Below are positions 1 to 10,288 of a stretch of DNA of 64,000 bases, piece after piece. The notes beneath the pieces are model-generated. The model was given only the letters and a program-made list of their open reading frames with translations, had not been told where the DNA came from and ran no database searches. The stretch's first letter is position 1, and the number at the start of each line of letters is the position of its first letter. Source of the DNA: Candidatus Woesearchaeota archaeon (GTDB taxonomy: Archaea; Nanobdellota; Nanobdellia; Pacearchaeales; GW2011-AR1); NCBI GenBank assembly GCA_964412025.1, contig CAYPLY010000001.1, positions 134,922 through 198,921 of the forward strand, in the 5' to 3' direction. A program made the position numbers and the translations under genes.

Positions 1-429
1 AAGAGCAGATTAGAATTAGAGATAGAAAATCTTAATCCTGATGGTAGTCGTAACAGACCTCTTCCAGGGTGGCCTTCTCAGGAGAGTATTGATAAGTCAT
101 ACATAACTCTGGAAAAATTCAATAAAAAGTTATCTAATGACAGTTCCGTTGTTTACTTTTCACATTTAGTACCATATATTAAAGAACATCTTAAAAAAAT
201 TGGAAGTTTGTCTGGAGTTATTAAATACGGTTCTCCAAAGCATTATCATGAGGGGGAATATCTTGTCGAGAATATTTATAGCTTTTTAGGAAAAGATGTC
301 AAGGGAAGCATAAAACTAGATAAAGAAGAGTTTTCAAATTTAAAATCTTTAGTTTTTGAGGATTTTACTTCTTATTTTCCAAATAACACTGTTCAGGATC
401 TTGGGGATGGAAATGTAATCCTCAGATAA
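1..429 (+). CDS. Hypothetical protein, 5'-truncated by the window edge
   Basis: Frame 1 is open from base 1 (KSRLELEIENLNPDG...) through the track ORF at 208 to the TAA at 427-429. Confidence 0.6.
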   Translation, partial: KSRLELEIENLNPDGSRNRPLPGWPSQESIDKSYITLEKFNKKLSNDSSVVYFSHLVPYIKEHLKKIGSLSGVIKYGSPKHYHEGEYLVENIYSFLGKDVKGSIKLDKEEFSNLKSLVFEDFTSYFPNNTVQDLGDGNVILR

Positions 430-475
430 ATATTTATATTTCTTAAACTTTGGATTTCGAATATTTTAAGTTAAA

Positions 476-1516
476 ATGGGACTAAATATTCGAGAGATAA
501 TACCAAGAAGAGAGCTTGAACCAGGAGAGCTTCAGGACAAAGTTCTTTGTGTAGATGCATTTAATGCATTATATCAGTTTTTATCTTCAATAAGGCAACC
601 AGATGGAACCCCTTTAATGGATAATAAAAAAAGAATTACCAGTCATCTTTCTGGAATTTTTTATAGAAATATTAATCTTTTAGAAGAAGGCATGAAACTT
701 ATTTATGTGTTTGATGGAAGAGCTCCAGATTTAAAGGAAAAAATTTACAAGAAAAGAAGTGAGGCAAGAGATGTTGCCAGAGATAGATATGAGACTGCAA
801 AAGATGAATCTGATTTGGAAGGTATGAAAAGATATAGTTCTCAATTATTGAGGCTTAATGATCAAATGATAGAGGAGAGTAAGGAGTTATTAACAGCAAT
901 GGGGATTCCGGTTATTCAAGCTCCGTCTGAGGGAGAGGCACAAGCAGCACAGATGACGAGAATGAATACCAAGGTTTATGCTTCTGTAAGCCAGGATTAT
1001 GATAGTCTTCTTTTTGGGGCATCAAAGTTGATAAGGAACTTAACTGTATCCAGGAAAAGAAAAACATATAATGGATATATTGAAATAAGACCAGAGGTCA
1101 TAGAACTTGAAAAGGTATTTAACGTTTTGGAGATAAATCTTGAACAATTAATCTGTTTAGGTATCCTTGTTGGAACAGATTACAACCCAAAAGGTATTCC
1201 TAGGATAGGGCAAAAAAAGGCTTTGGATATCGTTAAAAAATATAAAGTTCCATATGAGATATTTAAAAGTGTTGAAGAGCAAATATTAAGTTTACCTAAG
1301 GAGGATAGATTTAACTGGCAGGAAATTTTTGCTTTATTCTATAAACCAAATGTCTCTAATTCAGAGTTTGAATTTAATTCTTTTAATGAAGATGCTATAA
1401 AAGAAATTCTTGTAGATAGACATGATTTTTCTGAGGAAAGAGTTCAAAGACAGATAGATAGGTTAAAAGAATTGAAAAGGAAAAATCAGCAGAAAAGTTT
1501 AGGTAGGTGGTTTTGA
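476..1516 (+). CDS. fen: Flap endonuclease 1
   Basis: DAFNALYQFLSSIRQPDGTPL, VFDG, EGEAQAA, SQDYDSLLFG, GTDYNPKG motifs; C-terminal PIP box QKSLGRWF. Confidence 0.97.
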   Translation: MGLNIREIIPRRELEPGELQDKVLCVDAFNALYQFLSSIRQPDGTPLMDNKKRITSHLSGIFYRNINLLEEGMKLIYVFDGRAPDLKEKIYKKRSEARDVARDRYETAKDESDLEGMKRYSSQLLRLNDQMIEESKELLTAMGIPVIQAPSEGEAQAAQMTRMNTKVYASVSQDYDSLLFGASKLIRNLTVSRKRKTYNGYIEIRPEVIELEKVFNVLEINLEQLICLGILVGTDYNPKGIPRIGQKKALDIVKKYKVPYEIFKSVEEQILSLPKEDRFNWQEIFALFYKPNVSNSEFEFNSFNEDAIKEILVDRHDFSEERVQRQIDRLKELKRKNQQKSLGRWF

Positions 1517-1598
1517 TGATATTATTTCTAGATAATGTTACTTTTAATAAATGGTAACAAATAGAAAGATTTATAAATAAAGAGTTCTCTAAAAACAT

Positions 1599-2024
1599 AT
1601 GTCAGAAGAATCAAATTTAAACAATAAAGTTCTTAGAAAGTCTCTAGTTTACGGAGCAAGCTATCTATCAAGAATAGTTGGAAATTTATGTCAATATGGT
1701 CTTGAAAAAGTCCCTGATGAAGGGGGGTTGAATCTTGGTTATCCTGGTGCCGCGTTAGGATTTGCTGCGTTGGATATAATTGCAGAAAACTTGGATCCGG
1801 TTAAACAAAGCGGGTACTATAAGTTGGCTAAGATTGGCGGGGCTGCTACATTTTCAGCTTTAGCTTTATCAAATTTTATTGGAGCAATTAAAGGAGATTA
1901 TGAAGGAATAAAAAATCTTCCATTTAATTTGTCTATGGCTGCAAGTTTAGGATATGATTTGAAAGAACCTGGAAAAGATTTCCTTAAAAAGTGGGATTGG
2001 ACTTTTGGGTTGAATAAAAAATAG
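1599..2024 (+). CDS. Hypothetical protein, possibly membrane-associated
   Basis: 141-aa ORF with Gly/Ala-rich hydrophobic segments; no family recognised. Confidence 0.6.
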   Translation: MSEESNLNNKVLRKSLVYGASYLSRIVGNLCQYGLEKVPDEGGLNLGYPGAALGFAALDIIAENLDPVKQSGYYKLAKIGGAATFSALALSNFIGAIKGDYEGIKNLPFNLSMAASLGYDLKEPGKDFLKKWDWTFGLNKK

Positions 2025-2036
2025 AGATTCTAGAAT

Positions 2037-2714
2037 TTATACTATACCATACTTGTTGAAGATATTTGTCATATCTCCCTGACTCACACCTAATGTCTGG
2101 CATATTGCTGCCTCACTATTTCCCCAGTTTCTATACTTCTTAAGGTAATTTATAAAATATGTATATCCTCCAACAAACTTTGGATTTGATTGTCTTTTTG
2201 CCCATCTTCTAAACTTCTTTGCAGCTCTTATCAGTTCGTTTCTTCTATCTGGAGGATTTACGTTTCCTCCTTGCCCAAGATTCCCTTTTTTTTTACGTCT
2301 TATCCATAGAATAAATCCTAGTATTACAAGAGCTATTCCCAGGATAAGGACAAATGCCTTTTCATAAACGAAGAAACTTGCTATTATAAGTAATCCGCCA
2401 ATTATCATAAGTGCTCTTGATATCCCTAATTTCCATATTATCCAGATTATCCCTATAATAATTATGAACGGGATAACCCCATAGATTATTCCATCCCCTA
2501 TACCCCAATTGTAAAAAACTCCGCTTATGTCAAAATTCGTTCTGTTAAGTCCATAAACTGCAAGGAGAGATACACAGAAAGCGATTATGTTCGAAGACAT
2601 TTTGTCTCTTAAACTTCTTCCAAGCAATAGTTGTATGAGTACAAAGAAGATTATAAACAACAATCCTAAGATCATTGTATTTGGATCTATATTGTAAAGC
2701 ACCTCTCTTAACAT
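2037..2714 (-). CDS. Multi-pass membrane protein with basic C-terminal domain
   Basis: About 5 hydrophobic helices followed by RRKKK and a soluble tail. Confidence 0.7.
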   Translation of the reverse strand: MLREVLYNIDPNTMILGLLFIIFFVLIQLLLGRSLRDKMSSNIIAFCVSLLAVYGLNRTNFDISGVFYNWGIGDGIIYGVIPFIIIIGIIWIIWKLGISRALMIIGGLLIIASFFVYEKAFVLILGIALVILGFILWIRRKKKGNLGQGGNVNPPDRRNELIRAAKKFRRWAKRQSNPKFVGGYTYFINYLKKYRNWGNSEAAICQTLGVSQGDMTNIFNKYGIV

Positions 2715-2797
2715 AATCCTGTATAGGTATTTTTGGTTTATAAATTTATTTTTTTAATTTTAGGAAGGTTTAAAATGTTTTTCTGATTTTATCTTAG

Positions 2798-3586
2798 ATG
2801 AAATCCCATCGTTCTTTTAATGTACTTGGCAATATAGCGGTCGTTAACTTTTCGGATAATACTAGTTTGTTAAATAAGAAAAAATTTGCTCAAGAGATAA
2901 TGAATAATAATAACTCTATTAAGACTGTTTTAGAAAAATCTGGGAAGTTTTCTGGTAGATTAAGAAAGATGGAGACAAAACATCTTTTAGGAGAAAGAAA
3001 TAAAGAAGTCCTGTATAGAGAAAATAATTGTTCTTTTAGGTTTAATATAGACACCACCTATTTTTCTCCAAGATTAAGTAATGAGAGGAAAGAAGTTTCT
3101 TCGTTTATAAAAAAGGATTCAAGTGTTTTAGTTATGTTTGCAGGTGTTGCTCCCTTTTCAATCGTTGTTGCAAAAAATTCAAATCCCAAGGAGGTTTATT
3201 CTAATGAAATAAACCGAGAAGCGAATAAGTACGCAGAATTAAATGTTCAGCTAAATAAAGTAAAGGATAAGATAAAATTTGTTAACGGAGATATAAAGAG
3301 AGTTGCTATTAAATTGAAAGAACAAAATAAAAAATTTGATTTTATTTTGATGCCTAGGCCAAATCTTAAGGAGAGTTTTCTAGAGCAGGCATTTATGTTA
3401 AGTAAAAGAGGAACAACCGTTTTTTATTACGATTTTTGTAAGATTGAAGAAAAAGATGAGATTATTCAGAAAGTACAAGATGAGGCTAAACTTTTTAAGA
3501 AAAAAATTAAAATATTAAATGTTAAAAATGCAGGAGAAACTGCCCCTTATAAAGTGCGTGTTAGAATTGATTTCAGGGTATTATAA
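2798..3586 (+). CDS. Trm5/Taw22 (Met-10+ like) tRNA methyltransferase
   Basis: YFSPRLSNER, VLVMFAGVAPFSI SAM motif, NEINREA, MPRP. Confidence 0.88.
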   Translation: MKSHRSFNVLGNIAVVNFSDNTSLLNKKKFAQEIMNNNNSIKTVLEKSGKFSGRLRKMETKHLLGERNKEVLYRENNCSFRFNIDTTYFSPRLSNERKEVSSFIKKDSSVLVMFAGVAPFSIVVAKNSNPKEVYSNEINREANKYAELNVQLNKVKDKIKFVNGDIKRVAIKLKEQNKKFDFILMPRPNLKESFLEQAFMLSKRGTTVFYYDFCKIEEKDEIIQKVQDEAKLFKKKIKILNVKNAGETAPYKVRVRIDFRVL

Positions 3587-4205
3587 CAATTTTGAACCCT
3601 TTTCCGTTTCTTTTTTTATACTCCTCAAAATTTTGTATATCATTATCTTTATTTAATCTGCTGATATTTTTTTCTAAAGAGAATCCATTAAATTTGTCTT
3701 TTATTAATTCCTGCAGACTGTTATACCCAAGAGTCTCATATATTGGTTTGTCTGGACTTAGATTTTTCCCATTTATTATTGTTAGAGACGATCTTTGGAT
3801 ATCTTCTCTTCCAGCATATCCTCCCTTTAAGATATAAACTTCATTTTCTCGCCTGTAGTCAATTCCCCATTTTTCTTTGTTATACAGGAAGTCAATTCCA
3901 AAGTGTAATCTGTAGTCAAAATCCTTGATTACTTTTTTTGACTTATCAAAGTTAAAGTCTTTTGAGGGAGAATGTTCTTCAATAATTAAATCGTGTTCAA
4001 TTCCTTTTAAGTTCATTAGATGCGAGGATGCTAAAGTTAAATCTAAGCAAGGGTTCATAAATCCGGTTTCTCCACTTAATAATATCTGGTTTACTGGACG
4101 TCTTCCAAAATATTTGTTTATCTCTTCGTTTGTCCAATATACTCGTTTTACTTTTTTGTCAACTTCCGAGATTATTTCCTTTGCTGAATTAATTGCATTG
4201 TTCAT
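3573..4205 (-). CDS. Hypothetical protein
   Basis: 210-aa ORF; no family confidently recognised. Confidence 0.65.
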   Translation of the reverse strand: MNNAINSAKEIISEVDKKVKRVYWTNEEINKYFGRRPVNQILLSGETGFMNPCLDLTLASSHLMNLKGIEHDLIIEEHSPSKDFNFDKSKKVIKDFDYRLHFGIDFLYNKEKWGIDYRRENEVYILKGGYAGREDIQRSSLTIINGKNLSPDKPIYETLGYNSLQELIKDKFNGFSLEKNISRLNKDNDIQNFEEYKKRNGKGFKIVIIP

Positions 4206-4243
4206 TAAAAAATAGTATTATTTGGGTTTAAAAGAGTTACTAA

Positions 4244-5554
4244 TTATAATTTTTTATCCGCTTTTATTGCAGTAGGAGCCTCTCCTCCATGCCAGGTGAA
4301 TCTTGGACGTACACGCATAGGATAAATTCTTTCAGAATTATCATCAAGCACAATAGCAGATCCGTTTAATGAAGGGAGGTCATCCATATATTGCTTTATA
4401 CTTTCCAGAAGATAACTTTGCATTATTCTATTCAGGGCTTCTAAGTCTGTTGCAGAAGTTACTCTATGGGAGATTACTATATCTGATTGAGTCATAACAT
4501 CTTTATGGATTTGACCAGGTTGTTGTGTTGCAAGTACTAACGATATTCCTGGTTGTCTGCCCTCTCTTAACAATTGAGTTAGCGCATCTGTTGCTATCGT
4601 TTTTCCTTCTAAAGGAAGGAATTCATGTGCTTCATCTATAAATAGCCATATTAAAGGGGTTTCTTTTTTTTCGGAGTAAGAAGAGTATTCAAGTCCCTTT
4701 GAAACGGCTTTGATTTCCTCTTTTTTTCTTGCATCCATTCTTTGGTTAAATAATTTTCTTGATATTAGGCTAATTACCAATGCTCTTACATTAAAACTTC
4801 CTACTGAATTATATATGCTTAAATCAAGTATTGTGGTTATTCCCGCATTAACAAGATGAGTTATCTTAGTTGGAGATATTCCTTTTTTAGAGAATATTCC
4901 CCAGGTATTCACAGCCTCAAATAACCCCACCGCAGCATTTTTTATCTCTCTGTCTGTTTTTTGATCTTTTTCAATTTCTTCTATTATATCTTCTATATCA
5001 AAACTCTTTTTGCTTTTTATTTTGCTTATTGTCCTTTCAATAAGTACTGCAACCGGGTTTATTATGTCCAATCCGAAAGTCAGAATCCAATCTTCTGCAT
5101 TCATTTCACAAACATCCAAAGCAAATTTTTCATCTGCAGGAATTCCTCTTCTTACATATTCATCATAGAATCCATAAGGTATGAATACTTTTACTTTCAG
5201 ACTTTTTGGTTTTAAATCCCATTCATGAAGCAATTCTTTGTCTTTTTCATTGGGATATTTCATTGTCCAGTATATTCCCATTGTGTCAAATATTAGTGAG
5301 GCTATATTTTGTGAGACTTCTTTTGGTAAGTTTGAAAGTTCTTCCGCAAGAACACCTAAGGTGTATGATTTTCCCGAACCACGTTTTCCAGCCACCAATA
5401 CAACATGACTTCTTATAACGTCCATGAACATTTTATTGCTTAAAGAGGTGTATTGTCCCATTTTGACAAATCCTTTTCCAATATATGCTAATCCCTTGTT
5501 TCCAAATCCTTTCTTGTCAGAGGAATTTCTCCCGGTTATAATATCATATGGCAT
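4244..5554 (-). CDS. HerA/FtsK-like (DUF87) P-loop ATPase
   Basis: Walker A GKRGSGKS, Walker B LFIDEAH, LREGRQPGISLVLATQQP. Confidence 0.88.
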   Translation of the reverse strand: MPYDIITGRNSSDKKGFGNKGLAYIGKGFVKMGQYTSLSNKMFMDVIRSHVVLVAGKRGSGKSYTLGVLAEELSNLPKEVSQNIASLIFDTMGIYWTMKYPNEKDKELLHEWDLKPKSLKVKVFIPYGFYDEYVRRGIPADEKFALDVCEMNAEDWILTFGLDIINPVAVLIERTISKIKSKKSFDIEDIIEEIEKDQKTDREIKNAAVGLFEAVNTWGIFSKKGISPTKITHLVNAGITTILDLSIYNSVGSFNVRALVISLISRKLFNQRMDARKKEEIKAVSKGLEYSSYSEKKETPLIWLFIDEAHEFLPLEGKTIATDALTQLLREGRQPGISLVLATQQPGQIHKDVMTQSDIVISHRVTSATDLEALNRIMQSYLLESIKQYMDDLPSLNGSAIVLDDNSERIYPMRVRPRFTWHGGEAPTAIKADKKL

Positions 5555-5667
5555 TTAATCTTTAATTCCTTTTAATTTTTAATTGTTTGTTTTTTTCTGA
5601 TTGTCTAATTTGCTTTAATGGATTTGGGAACCACAATCTTTTTAAATGTCTTTTTCATGATTTCAAA

Positions 5668-6723
5668 ATGGATAATGAACATCATGAACACGCAGAGCAT
5701 GTTCACAAGGTGCATATAGCTAAAAAGAGACACTCTTTGAGAGATAAACCTTGGGTTATTTCAACTGTTGTTTTGTTACTTCTTGTTGTTTTGCTTCTTC
5801 TTGGTAATGTTTTCAATGTTTTTGGTAAATGTGTTGTTACGGGGAAATCTGTTTCAGCGGATAAAGCTGGAGAGAATCTTCTTAACTTTGCATTAGACCA
5901 GGGATTAGATGCTGAAGTGTCTAGCGTTGAAGAAGAGGGTAGTTTTTATTTGGTTACTCTTTCTATAGGGGGACAAGATGTGCCTATTTATGTTACTAGA
6001 GATGGAAAGTACTTCGCTAACTCTTTGATACCTTTGGAGGTAGAAGAAGGAACAAATGAAGAGCCTAATACTGAAACTCAAACTGAAATTCCTAAGACTA
6101 CTAAACCAACCGTTGATTTATTTGTAATGAGTCATTGTCCTTATGGAACTCAAGCAGAAAAAGGAATAATTCCTGCTATTGAAGCTTTAGGAGATAATAT
6201 TGATTTCAATCTTAGATTTGTGTATTATGCTATGCATCCTTCTGCAGGGGAAGTTGAAGAGCAAACAAGACAGTATTGTATACAAAAAGAACAGGAAGCT
6301 AAATTACTTCCATATTTGACATGTTTCTTAGGAAAAACAGGAACTGCTGCTGATTCAGAAGCTTGTTTGACAGAAGTTAAGATAGATAAGACTAAACTTA
6401 ATGCTTGTGTCACAAAGACAGACAAGGAATTCCAGATTTCAGAAAACAAAGATGATCAGACAAAGTGGTTGAGTGGAAATTATCCTCTCTTTAATATTGA
6501 TAAACAGTTAAATGAAATGTATGATATTGGGGGAAGTCCAACATTGGTAATCAATGGAGTTCAGGTTAGTAGTGCTAGATCTCCTGCTGCATACTTAGAC
6601 TCAATTTGTAAAGCCTTTGCTGATGGAAGTGTTCCTGAAGAATGTGGAGAACAGCTTTCAACAGCATCATACAGCGCTGGATTTGGGTATAACCCTGGGA
6701 CTTCAACAACTGCCCAGTGTTAA
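5668..6723 (+). CDS. Membrane-anchored thioredoxin/DsbA-like protein
   Basis: His-rich N-terminus, one TM helix, FVMSHCPYG and GSPTLVING motifs; ATG at 5668 preferred over the track start at 5587. Confidence 0.75.
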   Translation: MDNEHHEHAEHVHKVHIAKKRHSLRDKPWVISTVVLLLLVVLLLLGNVFNVFGKCVVTGKSVSADKAGENLLNFALDQGLDAEVSSVEEEGSFYLVTLSIGGQDVPIYVTRDGKYFANSLIPLEVEEGTNEEPNTETQTEIPKTTKPTVDLFVMSHCPYGTQAEKGIIPAIEALGDNIDFNLRFVYYAMHPSAGEVEEQTRQYCIQKEQEAKLLPYLTCFLGKTGTAADSEACLTEVKIDKTKLNACVTKTDKEFQISENKDDQTKWLSGNYPLFNIDKQLNEMYDIGGSPTLVINGVQVSSARSPAAYLDSICKAFADGSVPEECGEQLSTASYSAGFGYNPGTSTTAQC

Positions 6724-6753
6724 TTAGATTTTTTATTTTGTTTCTATATCGGT

Positions 6754-7455
6754 TTAGAAAAAGAAGCTAGAGTATCCTACAACTTGAGACTTGTCTTTTG
6801 TGATATCTCCCGAATTTTTATATTCTATCAATCTTGGCCTCCAGCCTTTAATCTTGCACATATTAAATAAAATTAAAAGAGGATAAAAACCACATGCGTC
6901 TATATTTTTTAATCGGTCTTCTTTTAGATTTGAGATTATATTTATAGTTATCTTGTCCTTTTTTACTGCTTCTTTATACTCAAGAAGGTGACTTAAATCT
7001 GTTGAAAAGATGAAGATTGCATTCTCATTTATGAATTGTTTTGCTATTTCTTCTGCTTCTTGTATATTTATAATACCTACAGCTAGAGGTAAAACTTCAC
7101 TAATTCCTATTTTCTGCAAGAATGGTATTTGATTTTCAATTGAATGTTCATGAGATATCTTGTTGAAGTTATTTTTTGGGATACTTACTTTTCCTAAGGG
7201 AGTTTCAAAACTATCTAAAGAATTGATTCCCCTGAAGGTTTTATAGTGAGAAGGACCAAAGATGATTGCTTTTTTTATATTTTTATCTTTTAGATATGAG
7301 AATGCTTTTCCGGCTATTTCTCCAGAATAAGAATATCCTGCATGAGGAACTATTAAACCATGAATCTCATTTATATCTACGCCCTCCTTTTTAGAAAGTA
7401 AATAATTTAACATACTTTCCAGTTCTTTTTTTTCTTGAGGAAACCATTCTTTCAT
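6754..7455 (-). CDS. amrB: AmmeMemoRadiSam system protein B (MEMO1 family)
   Basis: IVPHAGYSYSG, GPSH, HEHSIENQIPFLQ, STDLSH, DACG, NSGD, VVGY. Confidence 0.92.
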   Translation of the reverse strand: MKEWFPQEKKELESMLNYLLSKKEGVDINEIHGLIVPHAGYSYSGEIAGKAFSYLKDKNIKKAIIFGPSHYKTFRGINSLDSFETPLGKVSIPKNNFNKISHEHSIENQIPFLQKIGISEVLPLAVGIINIQEAEEIAKQFINENAIFIFSTDLSHLLEYKEAVKKDKITINIISNLKEDRLKNIDACGFYPLLILFNMCKIKGWRPRLIEYKNSGDITKDKSQVVGYSSFFF

Positions 7456-7488
7456 AAGTTATTTAACTTATAAATTATTATTAAATTT

Positions 7489-8343
7489 ATGCGTGAATGT
7501 ATCTTATATAATAAACTCCCAGATGAAGAAGTTCAATGTATTGCTTGTAATCATAGATGTTTAATTGATGAGCACAAAAGGGGAATATGCGGGGTTAGAG
7601 AGAATATAAACGGGAAATTATATCTTTTAGTGTATGGATTAATTGTCTCTGAAAATATTGATCCAATTGAAAAAAAACCCTTGTATCATTTTATGCCTAA
7701 GACTAAAACTTATTCTATTGGAACTGTAGGATGTAATTTTAAGTGTTCTTTTTGTCAGAATCATCGTATATCTCAAATGAAAGAGATTATTGGAAATCAT
7801 GTAACTCCGGAAGAAATAGTTGAGAGAGCTTTAGCTTTTGGATGCAAAAGCATTTCCTATACCTATAATGAGCCTACAATTTTTGCTGAGTTTGTTAAAG
7901 ATACTGCAGTTCTTGCTAAAAAAAGAGGACTTAAGAATATCCTTGTTACAAATGGGTATATGACTAAGGAGTGTTTGGATTTTCTTGGAGATTATATTGA
8001 TGCAATGAATATCGATTTGAAATCTTTTAAGGACAAATTTTACAACAAGTTATGCCGGGCAAAATTAAATCCGGTATTAAATACTATAAAACTTGCTTAT
8101 GAAAAGAAGATACATATAGAAATAACTACTTTGGTTATCCCAGGGGAAAACAATTCTATTGAGGAGTTTGAGGGTATTTCAAAGTTTATTTCCGGATTAG
8201 ATAGAGATATTCCCTGGCACATCTCAAGATTTTTTCCTTTATATAAAATGAGAGATAAGCAGCTAACTGCTTTAGAATCATTAGAGAAAGCAGAGAAGAT
8301 AGGCAAAAAGTATTTGAATAATGTTTATTTGGATAATATTTAG
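7489..8343 (+). CDS. amrS: AmmeMemoRadiSam system radical SAM enzyme
   Basis: CxxCxxxC-like N-terminus (CIACNHRC), DPIEKKPLYHF, GCNFKCSFCQN radical SAM motif, YTYNEP. Confidence 0.93.
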   Translation: MRECILYNKLPDEEVQCIACNHRCLIDEHKRGICGVRENINGKLYLLVYGLIVSENIDPIEKKPLYHFMPKTKTYSIGTVGCNFKCSFCQNHRISQMKEIIGNHVTPEEIVERALAFGCKSISYTYNEPTIFAEFVKDTAVLAKKRGLKNILVTNGYMTKECLDFLGDYIDAMNIDLKSFKDKFYNKLCRAKLNPVLNTIKLAYEKKIHIEITTLVIPGENNSIEEFEGISKFISGLDRDIPWHISRFFPLYKMRDKQLTALESLEKAEKIGKKYLNNVYLDNI

Positions 8344-8346
8344 AAT

Positions 8347-8880
8347 ATGGCGATAAAGTTAACTGATATTGCAAGAAAAACTCTTGAAGAGTATTTTAAA
8401 GGTAAAACGTTTATCCCAGATGATCATACTAAAACGATTTACAATCAAAAACAGGCATGTTTTGTTACCTTGACTATTCATGGAAATCTCCGGGGATGTA
8501 TTGGCTCCCTTACTCCACAAAGAGAACTGTGGAAAGATGTTCAAAATAATGCTATTAATGCGGCAATTCATGATTTTAGGTTTTCTAGATTGAGTAAAGA
8601 AGAGTTAGGTGAAGTTAAGATTGAGGTTTCTGTTTTATCTCTTCCTAAAAAAATAAATTTTGTTAATGAGAAAGATTTACTTATGAGGGTGTCTCCCGGT
8701 AAAGGTTTTATATTGAAGAAGGGGACTTCTTCTGCTACTTTTTTACCTCAAGTCTGGGAGCAAATTAAGGATAAGGTTGAATTTTTGGAACAATTGTCTT
8801 TGAAAGCAGGATTGAATAGGAATTCTTGGAGAACAGGAGAGCTTTGGTCTTATACTGTTAATAGCGAAAAGGAAAATTAA
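8347..8880 (+). CDS. amrA: AmmeMemoRadiSam system protein A (AMMECR1 family)
   Basis: ACFVTL, LRGCIG, DFRF, EVSVLS, ATFLPQVW, LSLKAG. Confidence 0.93.
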   Translation: MAIKLTDIARKTLEEYFKGKTFIPDDHTKTIYNQKQACFVTLTIHGNLRGCIGSLTPQRELWKDVQNNAINAAIHDFRFSRLSKEELGEVKIEVSVLSLPKKINFVNEKDLLMRVSPGKGFILKKGTSSATFLPQVWEQIKDKVEFLEQLSLKAGLNRNSWRTGELWSYTVNSEKEN

Positions 8881-10055
8881 CTTTTTAGATATTCCATTTC
8901 TTCTTCATCTAGTTTAAGTTCTTTTGATATCAGAGGATTTGAATTTATTATTTGTTTTATTATTGGAAACTCCCTCATCGCTCTTTTTTGTCCAAGGTGA
9001 GAATATTGTGCATATTTTTCTGCAATTGATTTCTTTTTGGCGGTTCTTTGATTATTCATCCACATCTTTAATATTCTTGTTGGTTTCTTGTACGTTGTAA
9101 AACCCGGTTTGGATTTTGTTTTTGAAGAAGAAATTCCATAACTTAAAAATATATTTTCATAAACTAAAAATCTCCAATATTGTTGTTTGTATATTCTTCC
9201 TCTAAATACATCGGTTTTGCTTAATAAGTCATATGCTCTTGCTAGTTCTACTCCCTTATATTCTTGTGGAATATTTTCTTCTACCCACAATATTATTTCA
9301 TCTATGGGGGTTTTTACAGAGTCGAATATTTTTAGGGTTTCATCACTTGCTTTTTCTTTAAATATATATTTTAATGCGTTAAATATATCTACCTCTTTGT
9401 TTCTCTCATCAAAGTCTATACCTGTCAAATCCTTTAGTTTTGATATTGTTTGTAAATCATTTATTGCAGCTCTCAAATCCCCTTTTGATTTTACTGCTAT
9501 TCTTGTAAGAACTTCATCTTCTATAAACCCTTTTTCTTTTTTTATTATATCTGCGAGTACATCTTTTATTATTCTGTAATCTATATTTCTTAATTGAATT
9601 AGTTCTGCCTGCTTCCTTAGAGGATTTAAAGATTTATCCCATATATCGTTTGCAGTGACTATCACAGGATATTTAGAAGATTCAAGTAGTTCAACAAATT
9701 CTCCAAGTCCTCCCCTATCTACAGTTGATATCCCATCAACTTCATCAACCAGGATTATTTTTCCCTGATTTATTAATGATTTTTGTTCCATAGCTGGTCT
9801 TAAAACCTCTTCCAATCTTTTTTTGTCTCTTAAATCTGAGGCGTTCAGTTCAAAAATCTCCGAATTTGTTTCTTTTCCAATAACATGCGCTATTGTGGTC
9901 TTACCGGTTCCAGGAGGCCCATGTAGAACTATTGCTTTTTTTGAACCTTTTTTATTGAAATCCTCTAAGAATTTTCTAACTTTATCTATTACCTCATTCT
10001 GCCCCTTTATATCTCTAAAATTCTTTGGCCTATATTTTTCAACCCAGGGGCTCAT
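8877..10055 (-). CDS. rfcL: Replication factor C large subunit
   Basis: PWVEKYRPK, GPPGTGKT, ELNASD, DEVD, GDLRAAINDLQ. Confidence 0.92.
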   Translation of the reverse strand: MSPWVEKYRPKNFRDIKGQNEVIDKVRKFLEDFNKKGSKKAIVLHGPPGTGKTTIAHVIGKETNSEIFELNASDLRDKKRLEEVLRPAMEQKSLINQGKIILVDEVDGISTVDRGGLGEFVELLESSKYPVIVTANDIWDKSLNPLRKQAELIQLRNIDYRIIKDVLADIIKKEKGFIEDEVLTRIAVKSKGDLRAAINDLQTISKLKDLTGIDFDERNKEVDIFNALKYIFKEKASDETLKIFDSVKTPIDEIILWVEENIPQEYKGVELARAYDLLSKTDVFRGRIYKQQYWRFLVYENIFLSYGISSSKTKSKPGFTTYKKPTRILKMWMNNQRTAKKKSIAEKYAQYSHLGQKRAMREFPIIKQIINSNPLISKELKLDEEEMEYLKS

Positions 10056-10056
10056 T

Positions 10057-10287
10057 TTAATTTAATTTTATTCCTCTTTTTAATTGTTTTACAATATCTA
10101 ATAAGTCAGATATTTCTCTTTTTGCTCTTGTAGGAGATATCTCTTCATTTAGTGCATCTAATGCAGTATTTCTTATCTTTGAAGAATAATAACTTATGTC
10201 TTTCAGATATTTAGTAGGAGTTAACTCATTTACTCTAGGTTTATAATTTAGTAATTTGTTAAAATATATCTTTTCTTCTATTTCCAT
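10057..10287 (-). CDS. Small hypothetical protein
   Basis: 76-aa ORF tightly packed between co-oriented genes. Confidence 0.55.
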   Translation of the reverse strand: MEIEEKIYFNKLLNYKPRVNELTPTKYLKDISYYSSKIRNTALDALNEEISPTRAKREISDLLDIVKQLKRGIKLN

Positions 10288-10288
10288 T

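Noticed and set aside
4244-5554. HerA-like ATPase as part of a HerA-NurA or defence (e.g. Sir2-HerA) system
   Set aside because: No NurA, Mre11/Rad50 or Sir2 partner is adjacent; it is left as a generic DUF87 ATPase.
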